A stretch of DNA of 63,486 nt, counting the filler, from Choristocarpus tenellus KU-1152 (taxonomy: Eukaryota > Protista > Phaeophyceae), in assembly GCA_964200185.2 (NCBI GenBank). It is 13 parts of 13 records of this genome, joined end to end, with 100 filler letters (N's around TTAATTAATTAA, not from the genome) between each part and the next. Parts side by side here need not be neighbours in the genome. Positions count along the whole stretch, not along the records: positions 23,062 to 29,292 come from CAXNAD020008620.1; positions 29,393 to 32,832 come from CAXNAD020020007.1; positions 32,933 to 37,042 come from CAXNAD020016160.1; 10 more parts are not named here. One strand, written 5' to 3'. Under the pieces are notes generated by a model that saw only the letters and a list, made by a program, of their open reading frames with translations, did no database searches and was not told where the DNA came from. The first letter of the stretch is position 1. Each line of letters opens with the position of its first letter. The translations under genes were made by a program, and so were the position numbers. Shown here in pieces: positions 25,139 through 36,607 of this stretch.

Positions 25139-26228
25139 AAAAGCAAGAATTTTGTGGCCCAGTTGCAGGTGGCCAAGCCATTTCATCATCTAAGTTGTCA
25201 AAAGATTATATCTGCGTAATACTTACAGTGATTCTCAATATGGCCTGTCCTGCGATTATTGTAGCTCTTCCACATTGATAATCACCTTTTGCTCTGAGCC
25301 TTAGAAATCCGAGATGAAGATGCGTCTTGAATGGTTCATAATGAGAAGTTAGTGTAAACATAATGCACACGATCATCCAAAAACTCCAAAGACATCGAAT
25401 ACTGCTTAAGATAGCAACATACTCTGTGAGGTAGTTGCAAGTGTGAGTAGGGCTTCATAGCTCCTCAGTTTTCGGGAGAATGCACTGCTTTCACTTTCCC
25501 CCTGTTATTCTTTCCCGATCATTTGATTTTTGGGAGATAGGATTTTTTTTTCGATTGAAATATTGCAAGACCCCTTGTCTTCACTATGGCCTCACCCTGG
25601 TTCCTGTGCGTATGTTGGTGTTAATGTGTTAATGTTCCTCCATTAATGTGTAGATTATGATGTCGTGTTAACCAATCCATCCTGTAGCTCTCCCTTATTA
25701 TAATTGCTCCAGAGAGTAGTATCGTGTGATATGCATCGTCCCAGGGTCCGTTTTTTGGAATCATCTTCAAGACATTAGTGCGGTTCCGGTGCGGAGTGGC
25801 AGCATGAATTGCCTATTATTGACATAGCATTCGAATGTTGCAATGCCTCTGCCTGACAGATTTACATAGCCAGAGGTAGGTAAGGTTTATATTTTTGTGA
25901 AGATGAATAAAAAATCTACTAAGAGAACAGAGACTGTCAACACCCGAATACTTCACTATTTCTAACTCCCAACCTTGCGCACACCCATAGTATCTACAGA
26001 TAGTGATGAAGAACCTCGTATTAATACTACTCCAGTGTGCATTTTTCACATAATCCGGTTTGTTCCCTGGCATTCTCCGTAGTTGAGGTGTGTGCTGGCA
26101 TGTGCGCTCCCCAGCTCGTCAGGCTAGAAGCCTGCTTGCGCAAAATTCTGTCAGCGTGGCTTCAGCCAACGGATATTGCTTGTTGGTAGAGTAGAGCTCG
26201 GTTGGGTTATGTTAATTTACCTTGGAAG

Positions 26229-28975
26229 GTATTGCTATATATCAGTAGTGAAGACAAGAAGGTGTTGAGTCTCACACGACCCCCTTTGCAGAACGTGAAA
26301 AGATTGGGTGGATGAATTAGAAGAGTTATCTTGTGGGGTGTCTTCTATTCCTTGTTTCTTTATTATTATTTGTGTCAATATGTAAGTCAACGGCAATGCA
26401 CCAGTAGTTCAATTGCAACACCAAACTCCATACAAAACCCAGATCTACTATCTCGTTAGTTACATCACATGAACTCAATCCAACGCAGTAACCTCACATA
26501 CACAAAATAGGGTACACATCACTATTGTCCTATTTTGCACACTCCACCATGAGAGTGGAAGAAAAAGAACACAGATTGTTTCAACTCTCACACACAAAAC
26601 ATTTATCTTGTTAACACAGTAAAAGAACGCAGATTGGTTCAACCCTAACACACGACATTCATCTAGTCAACACAGTGTCTCGAAGCCTTGTATCTGTTTC
26701 TTTCGTAACCTTTTTATCAAGATGTCTGCAAGTTGTAGTGCTGTGGATATATACTTTACTGTAAAAAAACCTTGGTTGACATACTCCCTGGTGCATTTCA
26801 GCTTGATGTCGACATGCCTTGTCCTTCCATTGAATCCTTCAGTCGTCCCTTCTTGGATTGCACCTCAGTTGTCCCCATACCAAGCTGTGAACCCCTTGGG
26901 GTATGCCTAGCTCCCCCAGGATTCCTATGAGGAGTATCGAATGTATCATTTCATGCACCATCGTTGTCCATTCTGCTTCTGATGAAGACGTGGTTACAGC
27001 TCCTTGCATCGTGGATTTCTATGCAATTGATGCCTCATTCAGTAGGATTATATATTATGTCACGCTTTGTCTTGAAGCAGTGTCATTGCCCCAGTCTGAG
27101 TTTCCATACCTGATCAAGACCCTGCTGTCCATTTAACTACCAGCAGGATAGTGTATCCCTACTTTTATAGTGCCTGCTAGGTATTGTAGAACATTTTGCA
27201 GCCCTTTCCAGTGTCGATTGCATGGAGATGCTGCATATCTTCCCAGCTCCCGCACACTGTTGGACAGGTCTGGTCGTTTTTATCTTGAAAAATAATCTTG
27301 TCTAGACGGGTCTCCTCCCTGGTGTCAGACTCTCTTCCTCTTGGAAGGTTCCTTTACTTCGTTAGCCCCCCATTTCCTTGCTCCATTGCCTCCTGCCAGT
27401 TTTCTGCATCAGGCCCTGCCAGGGCTTCTGCGATGGTTGATGACTCCTGGGGGCCTATCGAGATGTCACCTGCCATGCCCATCAAACAGTAGGCGTCATC
27501 TGTGCTTGCTATAAGTAGAATAGCCATATTTTCTCCCAGTTCTTCAGTATCTCCAGGATGTAAGCCCCTGTAGTCCACCCTGGGTTGTTCAGCTATCCTG
27601 GCTGACCTCTGTTGCCCACTAGGTGAACTTGTCCGAGTTCTTGCTCACGGCCGCTGATCGCGGTATCGGATCGACTGAACTATTGAAATCCCCATCGGAG
27701 TCTTCACCATTCTCGGAGATCTCGTCATCATCAGTCAAAGGCATGGTCTCTCACTCCCCCACGAAATCCATGGTGTGTTCTTCTGGCTTGAACGTCACGT
27801 GGGCTGAGGCCACCAATTTGTCCTCTTGAGGAAGCCAGATGCACCAACACAGTGATGTACGATCGTGTCCCATGTTGACACCCCGCTTGGCGTATGGGTG
27901 AAACTTTGAACCGGCTCCCATCTGCTGCTTTCCTGCTGAACAGAGCACTCGCTCCCCAAGGTCCGAAGTCTATCATAATTGAAGGATTTCCTGTTAGACG
28001 CTCCCATGGTGTCTCTCCTCCCAGGTACTCATGTGGCATACCTCCAGTTTTGCAAGGTGACGTCCGTGATGGGATAGAACCAGTACTCATCGCCCAGCCC
28101 AGCCTTTACTAGTTGACTCCTTGCTGCCCCCATGAGTTGCTTTATCGCCCTTCCGGTGATCCCGTTGCTCTGTGGTGTTCTCGGTGGGGATTTCCTCCAT
28201 CTGGTACCGTTGTTTGCCATCATCCTTTGAAACTTTGCCGACCTCCCGAGCTCGCCAGCACCATCTCCACTGATACATTGGACTGGTATATCTTCCCTGG
28301 CCATCTGGTCGAGATAGGCAGTGGTTGTGTCTGTCGATGAGTTTTTGGTTTTCAATCAGTAAACCTCTTGTTGCGGCTGCTCTGATCGAGTAACACCTGA
28401 AGAGTGAAAGTATCTTAGAGGGTACGAGTTTTGCCATGTTTGTCCATTTGGGGCTTGGCTTCCCTTGGGGTTTCTATTACATTTTCATACTCGAAAAAAT
28501 TCGGAGTAGGTAAAATGTACACAATATGAAAAGGTGTGTCCGGAACAAGGATATTGACACTTCTTAACAAACGCGATAGCCAAAATTACATCGAAATCGC
28601 AACATTGTATTTTGGCCCCTAAATGGACGCAGCTCTACCCTCTAAGATACTGTGACTCTGAAAGTATTCGTGACCAATGATGTCTGGTTGAAAAAGTTCC
28701 GATCCGTCCACACTGCCACCTGATTGTTAGCTCGCCTATCATCACACATGTCGATGACTTGCGTAAGAAGACTGGTGACGATCGTCTGGAAGATGGGGGA
28801 TCTCCATTATCACGATGGGACCGTGTTGCAGGTAAATATTCTCAGCCAAGAATTGAGGTAGGAAGTGAGGAACTCACCAAAGCATATCTTCATGTTCTTT
28901 TTCAGGATTCTAGGTCGAGTCCTCTTTTGTTCCTCTCCCTCTTCGTCTGCAAGGGGTATCGCAAATTTCGTTTTC
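26229..28975 (-). mobile_element. Ty1/Copia remnant: integrase, deleted RT, RNase H, PPT, 3' LTR (~26229-26541)
   Basis: Integrase SGDGAGE...TPQSNG, GLGDEYW, TPWERLTG; AEALAGPDAENWQEAM; RPDLSNSVRELG, RTRHVDIK; GGAG|TGTGCA LTR start as in the 9.7-kb copy. Confidence 0.9.
28402..28658. mobile_element. 257-bp MITE, GAG...CTC termini, 4-bp TSD (Sola2-like)
   Basis: TIRs GAGTGAAAGTATCTTAGAGGGTA / TACCCTCTAAGATACTGTGACTC; TGAA duplicated on both sides; interrupts the Copia integrase. Confidence 0.9.
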
Positions 28976-29075
28976 GGTGATGGTCAACCATGGCGTTTCG
29001 TAGGTACTTGAACTGTTGGAACAATTTCGTCCTATACTATGTTGAAACACACAACGCATAATTTAAAATGACATA

Positions 29076-29292
29076 ATGTATCCATACAAGAGTCATATTC
29101 CTAAGGTGATATTCATCTGCACCGTTTCATGCCCAGATCCTGCCCGCTATTTCCAAGGGAAGATGGGAATCTGGGGTGTTGGGGTCATCAACCAGGTGCA
29201 GAGAATGTCGACCCGGCTCGAAGGGGGTGGTAGTACGACTTCGATTTGTCGATCGACCCCAAGCACTACCAGGAGTGAACAGCGTATTCTCA
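29076..29292 (+). mobile_element. mariner (plant/oomycete DD39D-type) transposase fragment
   Basis: KSHIPKVIFICTVSCPD...FQGKMGIW resembles the KVMFL.AVARP...FDGKIGIW segment of that family. Confidence 0.55.
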
Positions 29293-29394
29293 NNNNNNNN
29301 NNNNNNNNNNNNNNNNNNNNNNNNNNNNNNNNNNNNTTAATTAATTAANNNNNNNNNNNNNNNNNNNNNNNNNNNNNNNNNNNNNNNNNNNNGC

Positions 29395-29676
29395 GACCCT
29401 TTGGTCAGTGTTGATGCGGTGGGGGAGGGGGAGGGGGAGGGGGAGGGGGAGGGGGAAAGGCATGCACAAACCCCATCAACAGCTGGGGTTGTGGGAGTTG
29501 ATATGGAGTTTGAGCTGGAGCGTGTACACATGGAGTTGAGGTCGTTCTTGCAGAAGAAAAAGGCGGCTAATAGGAGGGCTGCAAATAATGGACATCCAGT
29601 GACATCGCTGTCTGGTGGGGGGCTTGGGAGCCCGGGCTTGGGAGAATCAGTGTCTCAGCTGGATATAACTCAGGAG
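29395..29676 (+). CDS. internal exon of an unidentified host gene (5'-truncated by the spacer)
   Basis: Open frame from the contig edge (…FELERVHMELRSFLQKKK…LDITQE) ending at GAG|gtgagg donor. Confidence 0.55.
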
Positions 29677-29994
29677 GTGAGGGGTGTTACATTGTAATAT
29701 TTGGGGATGTTGTGCTTTTTGGGGGTGGGGTGGGCTCAAGAAGGCTGAGTCTTTGTGTTTGGTGCAGGCGGGGGTGTGATGATTGAAATGAGTTTGTGTC
29801 AGGAGGGTGTGTGTGACATATATGTGATGGAAGGCGTGCGTGCTTGCTGTTGTGGATGAAATTAGTTTGAACGTGTGAGTTTTGAGGTCATCCAAAAAAC
29901 CTACCAAAACAGGTGGTGGTCGGTCTGTCTGACTTTTGATTGGTCAGAATGTGGCAAATGGTTCTTCTGCGCTGAATAATTGAACAGGATTTTT

Positions 29995-30035
<41 letters not shown>

Positions 30036-30457
30036 CGAGGGGGGTAGGTAAAATATTGCTTGCAAGGTTCACTTCGTCCAAAAATTTGAGGGTTTTCATG
30101 GAGCACACAGTGGGTGAGAAATCGGAAAAGAATATAACAAGTTTTGAGAACGAGGCAGTGAAAAGCAGAGTCTGGTCAGTATGGATTTATGACATTGCAG
30201 CTACAGAGTGCTACGGAGTGATTCCGTAGCGCTACGAAGCGCTGCAGAGCATGTATTCTCTTTTTCTTTTTCTTTTAATCTCTTGAAATCCCCCTCGATC
30301 AGGACGAATCCTTATCTCCAAGAAGAAAGGTGCTGTGAAGGTCGCCGGTTGGTGATTTTACTGCTGTACATGTGTGTGTTATGTTAGGCCGTTGACTGTT
30401 GTGGAGGGGTACAGTGAACGTTGGACCGATTTATCCCTATAGCGCTATGTCGGTGTG

Positions 30458-30567
30458 AATGCTGGCTGAGGCTGTCGTCTCAGGACTAAAGAAGGCGTTT
30501 TTGGTTATGAATGCTGGCTGAGGCTGTCGTCTCAGGACTAAAGAAGGTGTTTTTTGGTTATGAATGC
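30458..30567. repeat. ~52-bp direct tandem duplication
   Basis: gaatgctggctgaggctgtcgtctcaggactaaagaagg...ggttat occurs twice in tandem. Confidence 0.85.
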
Positions 30568-32932
30568 TTGAAAAAGTTCCGCAGCATCAGTCCATCGGTC
30601 CATCGGTCCATCGCAGGTGAAACCGAGCCATGTCTGCATACGGGGGGGTTCATATTTGCCGGCAGAGGAGTTCCGGATGAGTTGGAGGCTTTTACAAAGA
30701 GTTGGAAATCGATGAGCACGCCATCCCAAGGTTGATTGTGCTAGCATTGGCGCCACTGTAGCAATGTGGAGGGCATGTGCTAAAACTGTGCCTGGAAGTG
30801 TGTTGGTCCTGCTCGTCTGGTGTATATGTAAGGATCTTTCCAAATGCAACAAGTTTTTTGTGTCGGTAGAAATTTTAAGTTCAGGGTTGCATGGACTGAT
30901 GCCATCGCGTTAGCCAACCAAGGTGAGTCCCCTGCTCCCGAGTGGAATGCCCTTTTTTTTCTATTGGATGAATGTAGTAGCACTCTCTGAATAAAGAATG
31001 AGGTTGGTTTCGGCTTTTAAAAAAAGAAAAGAAAAGAAAAGGAAAGAAAGAAATTGTTGTAGCGTTAGATTGTAGATCCTCGTGCATTACGCTTGGGCTG
31101 TGTGCACGCAGAGCGCGCGCAACGCACGAGGAAGGCGTTTTAGCATTTTGGATGTCCATTACCATCCCATCCCGGTGAAACGGATCGACTCGATTGGATC
31201 GTTGTGGCTGGCGACGCCGTCCTGTACTTTTCAAGTTACATACATACACCCAGGAGCATACCTCCCCAGAGTTTTGACTCAAGTGGTGAAAGAGTGAGAG
31301 AAAGAGAGTGAGAGAGAGTGAGAGGCAGAGGTCTTTGTCGGCTTGGCGATTTTTTTTTTCTTTGATGGTGAGAAAAAGAAAAAGATTTTGGGCCGTGATC
31401 GTCCCAATTTTACTCGGAATGCTCCATCGGAAATTTCTCAGATTTTGTGGGAGTAATTTTGTTTTTTTTATTATATCCAGCACTTCCATTTATTTCTGGG
31501 AAAAGGTTTTTAGTTGAAGGGCGGGCTGTTGGTGTTATTGTGATGCTCGGTGGGACCATAGGTGCTTGTAATGAGATGGAACCAATAGCCCAGTAGTGCT
31601 CACGCCACAGTCTCCGGAGAGACAGGTGTTGTGGGTATGGATTGCTCTGGAGCAGCCCAGAGCTGTCTATCAGAGTGAGACATTTTTTCGAGCATCTTAG
31701 TCATGAGAACAAGACTTCCCCTTGAAAGTGGGGAAAGAGCAACATGCCAGGTTTTAGTTTTGTCGTCTCTGTTAGATACTGGCATCAAAAGAAGGGCTAT
31801 CGATTTAGTGTTTAGTGTTGAAATTTTTAATGACGAGACCAGTTGATTCCCTATGCATCAGTCTTGATGACACACCTTTTATCTTATCAACCATTTTATA
31901 AAAAAATATTTTTCTGATAATATTAATAATTATTATTATTATTATTATAGTAATACATTGTTATTTTATTTTGCCTTTTGATTTTGCAATCCTTTTCTGA
32001 ATCCATTTTTTTTTTTAATTATAGGAAGTATTTTTCCCTAATAGCTGACAAGATAAAAGTTTAGAATTTAAATAGGAGACGATGGTTGATTTGACTCTTT
32101 GATCTCTCTGAAAAAAGAAAAAAATATTTTCGATCTGATCTGTAATTTTGTCTTGATTTGAGTTTATTTCTAGAAAGAAGAGGCTTTCAAAATTAATTGA
32201 TTCGTGTCAATGTGTGTTAAAAAATGCGGCCTATGCTCTGGAAGGAAGAAAAAAAAAATCATTTTAAAAAAAAAAGTTAAAAAAAAGAGCCATTTTATTG
32301 ATCAGGTTTTGTGTTTACATGGATAGGAGGAGCGTGGTGTGCCTTATGGATCTACACTTTTCCCCATGTGTACAAAGCGTGCTTGCTATTCCCCCTTTCA
32401 TCATCACATTTGGGCATTATTTGAAAAATAAAATTGAGCGGGTGGTGGTGGTGGTGGTATGTGTGTGCTTGACTTCCTATTTGAAGTACTGCTGTGCCTT
32501 CACTTATTCACTTAACCCTATATGGTTGGAATATAAAACTGTACAGGTGGTACTATATATAGTAGATTGAGACAAAATAAAAACTTGAGAGGTAGGCAAG
32601 GTTGAACTTTAAGAATCTCGAGAAATAGCAAGAATGTCTCGCCAGTTTGCTCGGTTGCAGAAAGAGCCTTTGCTGAATTGTGGTGTCACTTTGTGTGTAC
32701 AAGGGGGGGAAGTGTTGGTTTGCCGTTTTTTTTCTGTTGGCAGACCAGAAAGAGCTGCCCCCCCCTTCCCTCTTTTTTTAATATTTTTTTGTAATGGTAC
32801 CAATGTTTTTTTTTTATTATACAAAAAAAAAANNNNNNNNNNNNNNNNNNNNNNNNNNNNNNNNNNNNNNNNNNNNTTAATTAATTAANNNNNNNNNNNN
32901 NNNNNNNNNNNNNNNNNNNNNNNNNNNNNNNN

Positions 32933-35900
32933 CCACCCCCACCCCCACCACCACTACCCCCTCCCCCTCCCCCTCCACAGAAAACCTAGGCCACCTACCA
33001 CCACATCCATGTCTGCCTTGGAGGGTCCATACTCCAAGTCTAGCATCTGCCCTTGACCAAGTCCAGATGGAGACCCTGGAGGGGGTAAACATCACCACAG
33101 TGAAAAAGGTCCCAGGCAGGCTTCGCACCGCCCATGCAATTTCCTTATGCACACAGTGGATCTCCTGACACAAAAGGTAACTGCCTCAAGGCTGGAAGGG
33201 GGGACACCAACAATAGGGGCCATCAGAGCATCCAAGCCTTTCCACATGATCTCAGGCCTCTTACTGGTAAATGATGGAAAGTTCTCGAGGGAGGAAAGAC
33301 TTGCCCGGATGGCTTCAGGGAACATCCAAGAGCTAGTCGCATGGCTACTAGAACGATCCCATAGGACCAACAGACGTAGGGAGGCCCCTGGAGAGGACCC
33401 CAAGTCCTGCCAGGAACGCGCTGCAGCTCTGGGTCACCACCATGGAGGAATTTCCAAGAGAGCGAGAGTACTTCTAGCACAACCCACAGTCCCAGGGACA
33501 GAGGAGACTTTCAATATACTGGTCCCTAAACACCCAAGTGAGAACCAAGACGAGCTTAGGCCGGCCATCACAGACGCAAAAGACAGAGTACAAGGGGATT
33601 CAAGATCTGGGAAACAAAGGTACTGCCCCCCTGAAGGGGAGTACACCCCCACCTCCCTTTGAAAAGCCTTCATGAGGGCTAACAGCAACTTGGCACCAGG
33701 CCCTGACGGGATGCACCCAAGTCACATCAGATCAGCCATCACGATAGATGTTGGTCACAAGGAAGTGACAGAGGCGTTTGCAAAACTATGGGAGCTAGCC
33801 TACACCTCCCCAGACTCCCTACCCCTAGAGTTCTGGACGCTCCACACCAACTCCAGACCGTCCGCAATCGGGGAGAAGTGTCGCCCGGTTGCCTCTGGGT
33901 CTTTTTTTAGGAGGGCATGTGCTTCAGCTTACTGCACAGACTGGCACCCCTACCTAGAGGAATTTTTCGGGGGAGTAGGACAATTCGGCATCAGGGTTCA
34001 AAATGGCATTGAAGGTGCACTCCTGGATATCCGCCTAAGGAATGAGTGCGGAGAATGAGTCATCAGTCTGGATGGAAGGAATGCTTTCAACAGCGTACAC
34101 CGCTCAGCCTTCATCCAGCCCCTCCCAGAGACCCTACCAGGCCTCCTCTCTTATGTCTCTAAGGTGTATGGGAATACAAGGAATCTTCTTTTCCCCCTAG
34201 ATGAGGGAGGGACGAAGATCCTACCATCAAGATCTGGGGCCCAATAGGGAGACCCACTAGGTCCCCCCTTATATTGCATGGCAACACGCAAGGACTTGCA
34301 ACAGGTCCAATCAGTCTTTGGACCCCAAGGGATTTCCTCCCGGGGCTATCTGGATGACACATCCACTTCGGCGAGGAGGATCAACCCTATTATCATGGCT
34401 GCTTTCAAGCAGCTAAAAACTAGTCTCCAGGAGGTAGGCATCAACCTAACCATGGACAAGACCTTTGCCGCACCTCCCCAGGGCCACCAACCGACGCCCT
34501 CGGAACTAGAGCTCCTTTCCACAGCAGGAATCAACCTAGCCCCGAACCCCAGTGGTTTTGTCATTCTAGGGACTCCAGTAGGAACAGATGACTTCATTCG
34601 AGCTCACATGGCGGAGGTGATTGAGAGCTCTGGGACACGAGCTTCAGCCACGCACCTAAGCGAGATGGAGGACAAGCAGGTGGCCTGGCTCCTCAACTCC
34701 TGGTCCCTCTGAGTGAAAGTATCTTATAGGGTACAGGTTTTGCCCTGTTTGTCCATTTGGGGCTTGGCTTCTCATGCCTTTTTTATGACATTTTAGCTAC
34801 TCCGAAATGCTTCTGAGTAGTTAAAAAAAATACATATGAAACGTTGTGTCCAGAAGACGGATATTGACACTTCCTAACAAACACAATGACCAACATTGCA
34901 TCAAAATCGTAACATTTGATTTTGACCCCCAAATGGACGCGGCTTTACCCTCTAAGATACTTTCACTCTCTCCTCCCAGCTAGGCTATCTTGTGAGGGTC
35001 ACTCCCCCCCTCCTGGCATGCTCCACCATGGAGCAAGCAGACAACACCTCCCCGTGGACACTAGAGAGGATAGTGGAGATAGCTGATGCGACAGAGGTGA
35101 CAGATTTCTTTGAGGGAGGGTGTGACAATAGGTCTCTCCGCCTAGAGATCCACCAATAAGTACAGGCACGGATGCCTACAAGTGCGGGGGGTCTGGGCCT
35201 CTCCTCTATGAAACACCGCCAACATGCAGCTTTCGTAGGATCACTGGTGGCTACTCTCCCCACCCTCCTAGCAAGGCAGTAAGGGCCTCATGGCGAGTCC
35301 TTCTCACAAGCTGTACGTACAAGCCCTACAATACAGACCTTAGGATTGTCCATACACACCCTCCTTTCTACAGGTGTCCCCTCAGAAGACCTGGCTGAAA
35401 TTATTGGTCAAGACTGGGTAACCTTGGGGGGAACAGCACCCCCTGCACCTGCCCCAGAGGTCCATATCCTGGCAGCTCACGACACCAGGATCACAAGGAG
35501 GGCACGACACAAGATCACTTGCCTCCTCAACAAGATCCGTTTCGGCTCCTAAGGACACATCTAGCTGACCTTTCAAATGAGGCACACCAAGGGAGGGAAA
35601 GCTCTTCATTAGCCCTACCGCGCCACCGGAGCCAGTGTGGACAAGGAGCAAAAGCCTGGGCCTCGACACAACCTCTGGAACCAGCATGCCAGATCCTCCC
35701 TCTGGAATTCAAGCTCACAGTCAGCAGATTCCTAAGGAGAGAGGAGGCCCTATCAAACAGTTGCCCAGTGGTAGGGTGCAGGAGGCAAAATGTCGATACC
35801 AGACATGCCCACACCTGCCCCAGGGCAGGGCGACAGGTACGATAACACACTCCAATCAATGATCAAACAAACGCCTGCACCAACTATGCAAGGGGATGGG

Positions 35901-36607
35901 CATCCCTTGCACTACAGAGGATGGTAGCCCTTTCCCAGTGGACAGGAATCTCCGCATGGATCTGGTGTTCCACGCAGGGGCACTAGTGGACACCCGAACA
36001 GCTCCCTTACAGGGACAAAGTTCTTCTGTTAGACGTCACCTTCGCAGAGGTATAGGCAACCTCCCACCTCACCCACTCATCCACCAGCAATGGTGTAGCT
36101 GCTGCTGCAGCCGAGGCGCGAAAGCACACCTCTTTTGATCCTCGTAGTTATAACCTCAACCCCTTTGCGGCAGAAAGTTTTGGGCGCCTTGGCAAGCAAG
36201 CGGAATGCTTCCTGAATGAGCGGGCTACTCACATGGTAGGGGTGAGAGGAGCGGGGGAGGATATAGCAGGAAAGGAGAAGTTAAATCCAGGCTACGCCAA
36301 ACTGTCTCGGTAACTACACAAGTGGCACTGTCTAGACGTGTCATGCGTTATAAGCTGGAATGAGGTGGGCAAGGAGGGGTTTATTGGATTCTTGGGATGC
36401 CTCCCTAGCTCCTCCCCCCGATGTACAGGTATAGGTAGATTGGAGACACAGGAAGGCAGTAGTACAACATAGTGGTGAAGTAACAAATAGATCAGTGTCT
36501 TTCACATTTATGACCTTTTATTTCTTTAGGGCTTATACTGACAATGCGTGTAGTTTTATTGGTTTCCCCCCTGACACATCTGGAAAATGTCAGAGGGCAT
36601 AATAATC
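32933..36607 (+). mobile_element. CRE-like non-LTR retrotransposon (RT, CCHC finger, RLE endonuclease), pseudogenised
   Basis: RT motifs APGPDG, RPVASG, QFGI..QNG.E, DGRNAFNS, GDPLGP, YLDD, ILGTPVG, GGLGL; CxxxxC..H..C; RMDLVF, LLDVTF, AEARKH, PFAAESFGRLG; stops and frameshifts; ends in a stem-loop plus cataataat tail. Confidence 0.9.
34711..34968. mobile_element. 258-bp MITE of the same family inserted in the CRE RT
   Basis: Same TIRs; (C)TCT duplication; removal restores WLLNSWSLSSQLGYLVRVT. Confidence 0.9.

Noticed and set aside
30105-30140. CACAGTG start suggesting a Transib/RSS-like terminus
   Set aside because: No matching inverted end, TSD or transposase was found in the contig.
30881-31489. 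202-aa ORF
   Set aside because: Runs through homopolymer and low-complexity tracts; no coding signature.
31603-31779. possible minus-strand exon bounded by ccag| and |gtgagc
   Set aside because: No recognisable protein motif or partner exon, and it is opposite to the plus-strand exon in the same contig.
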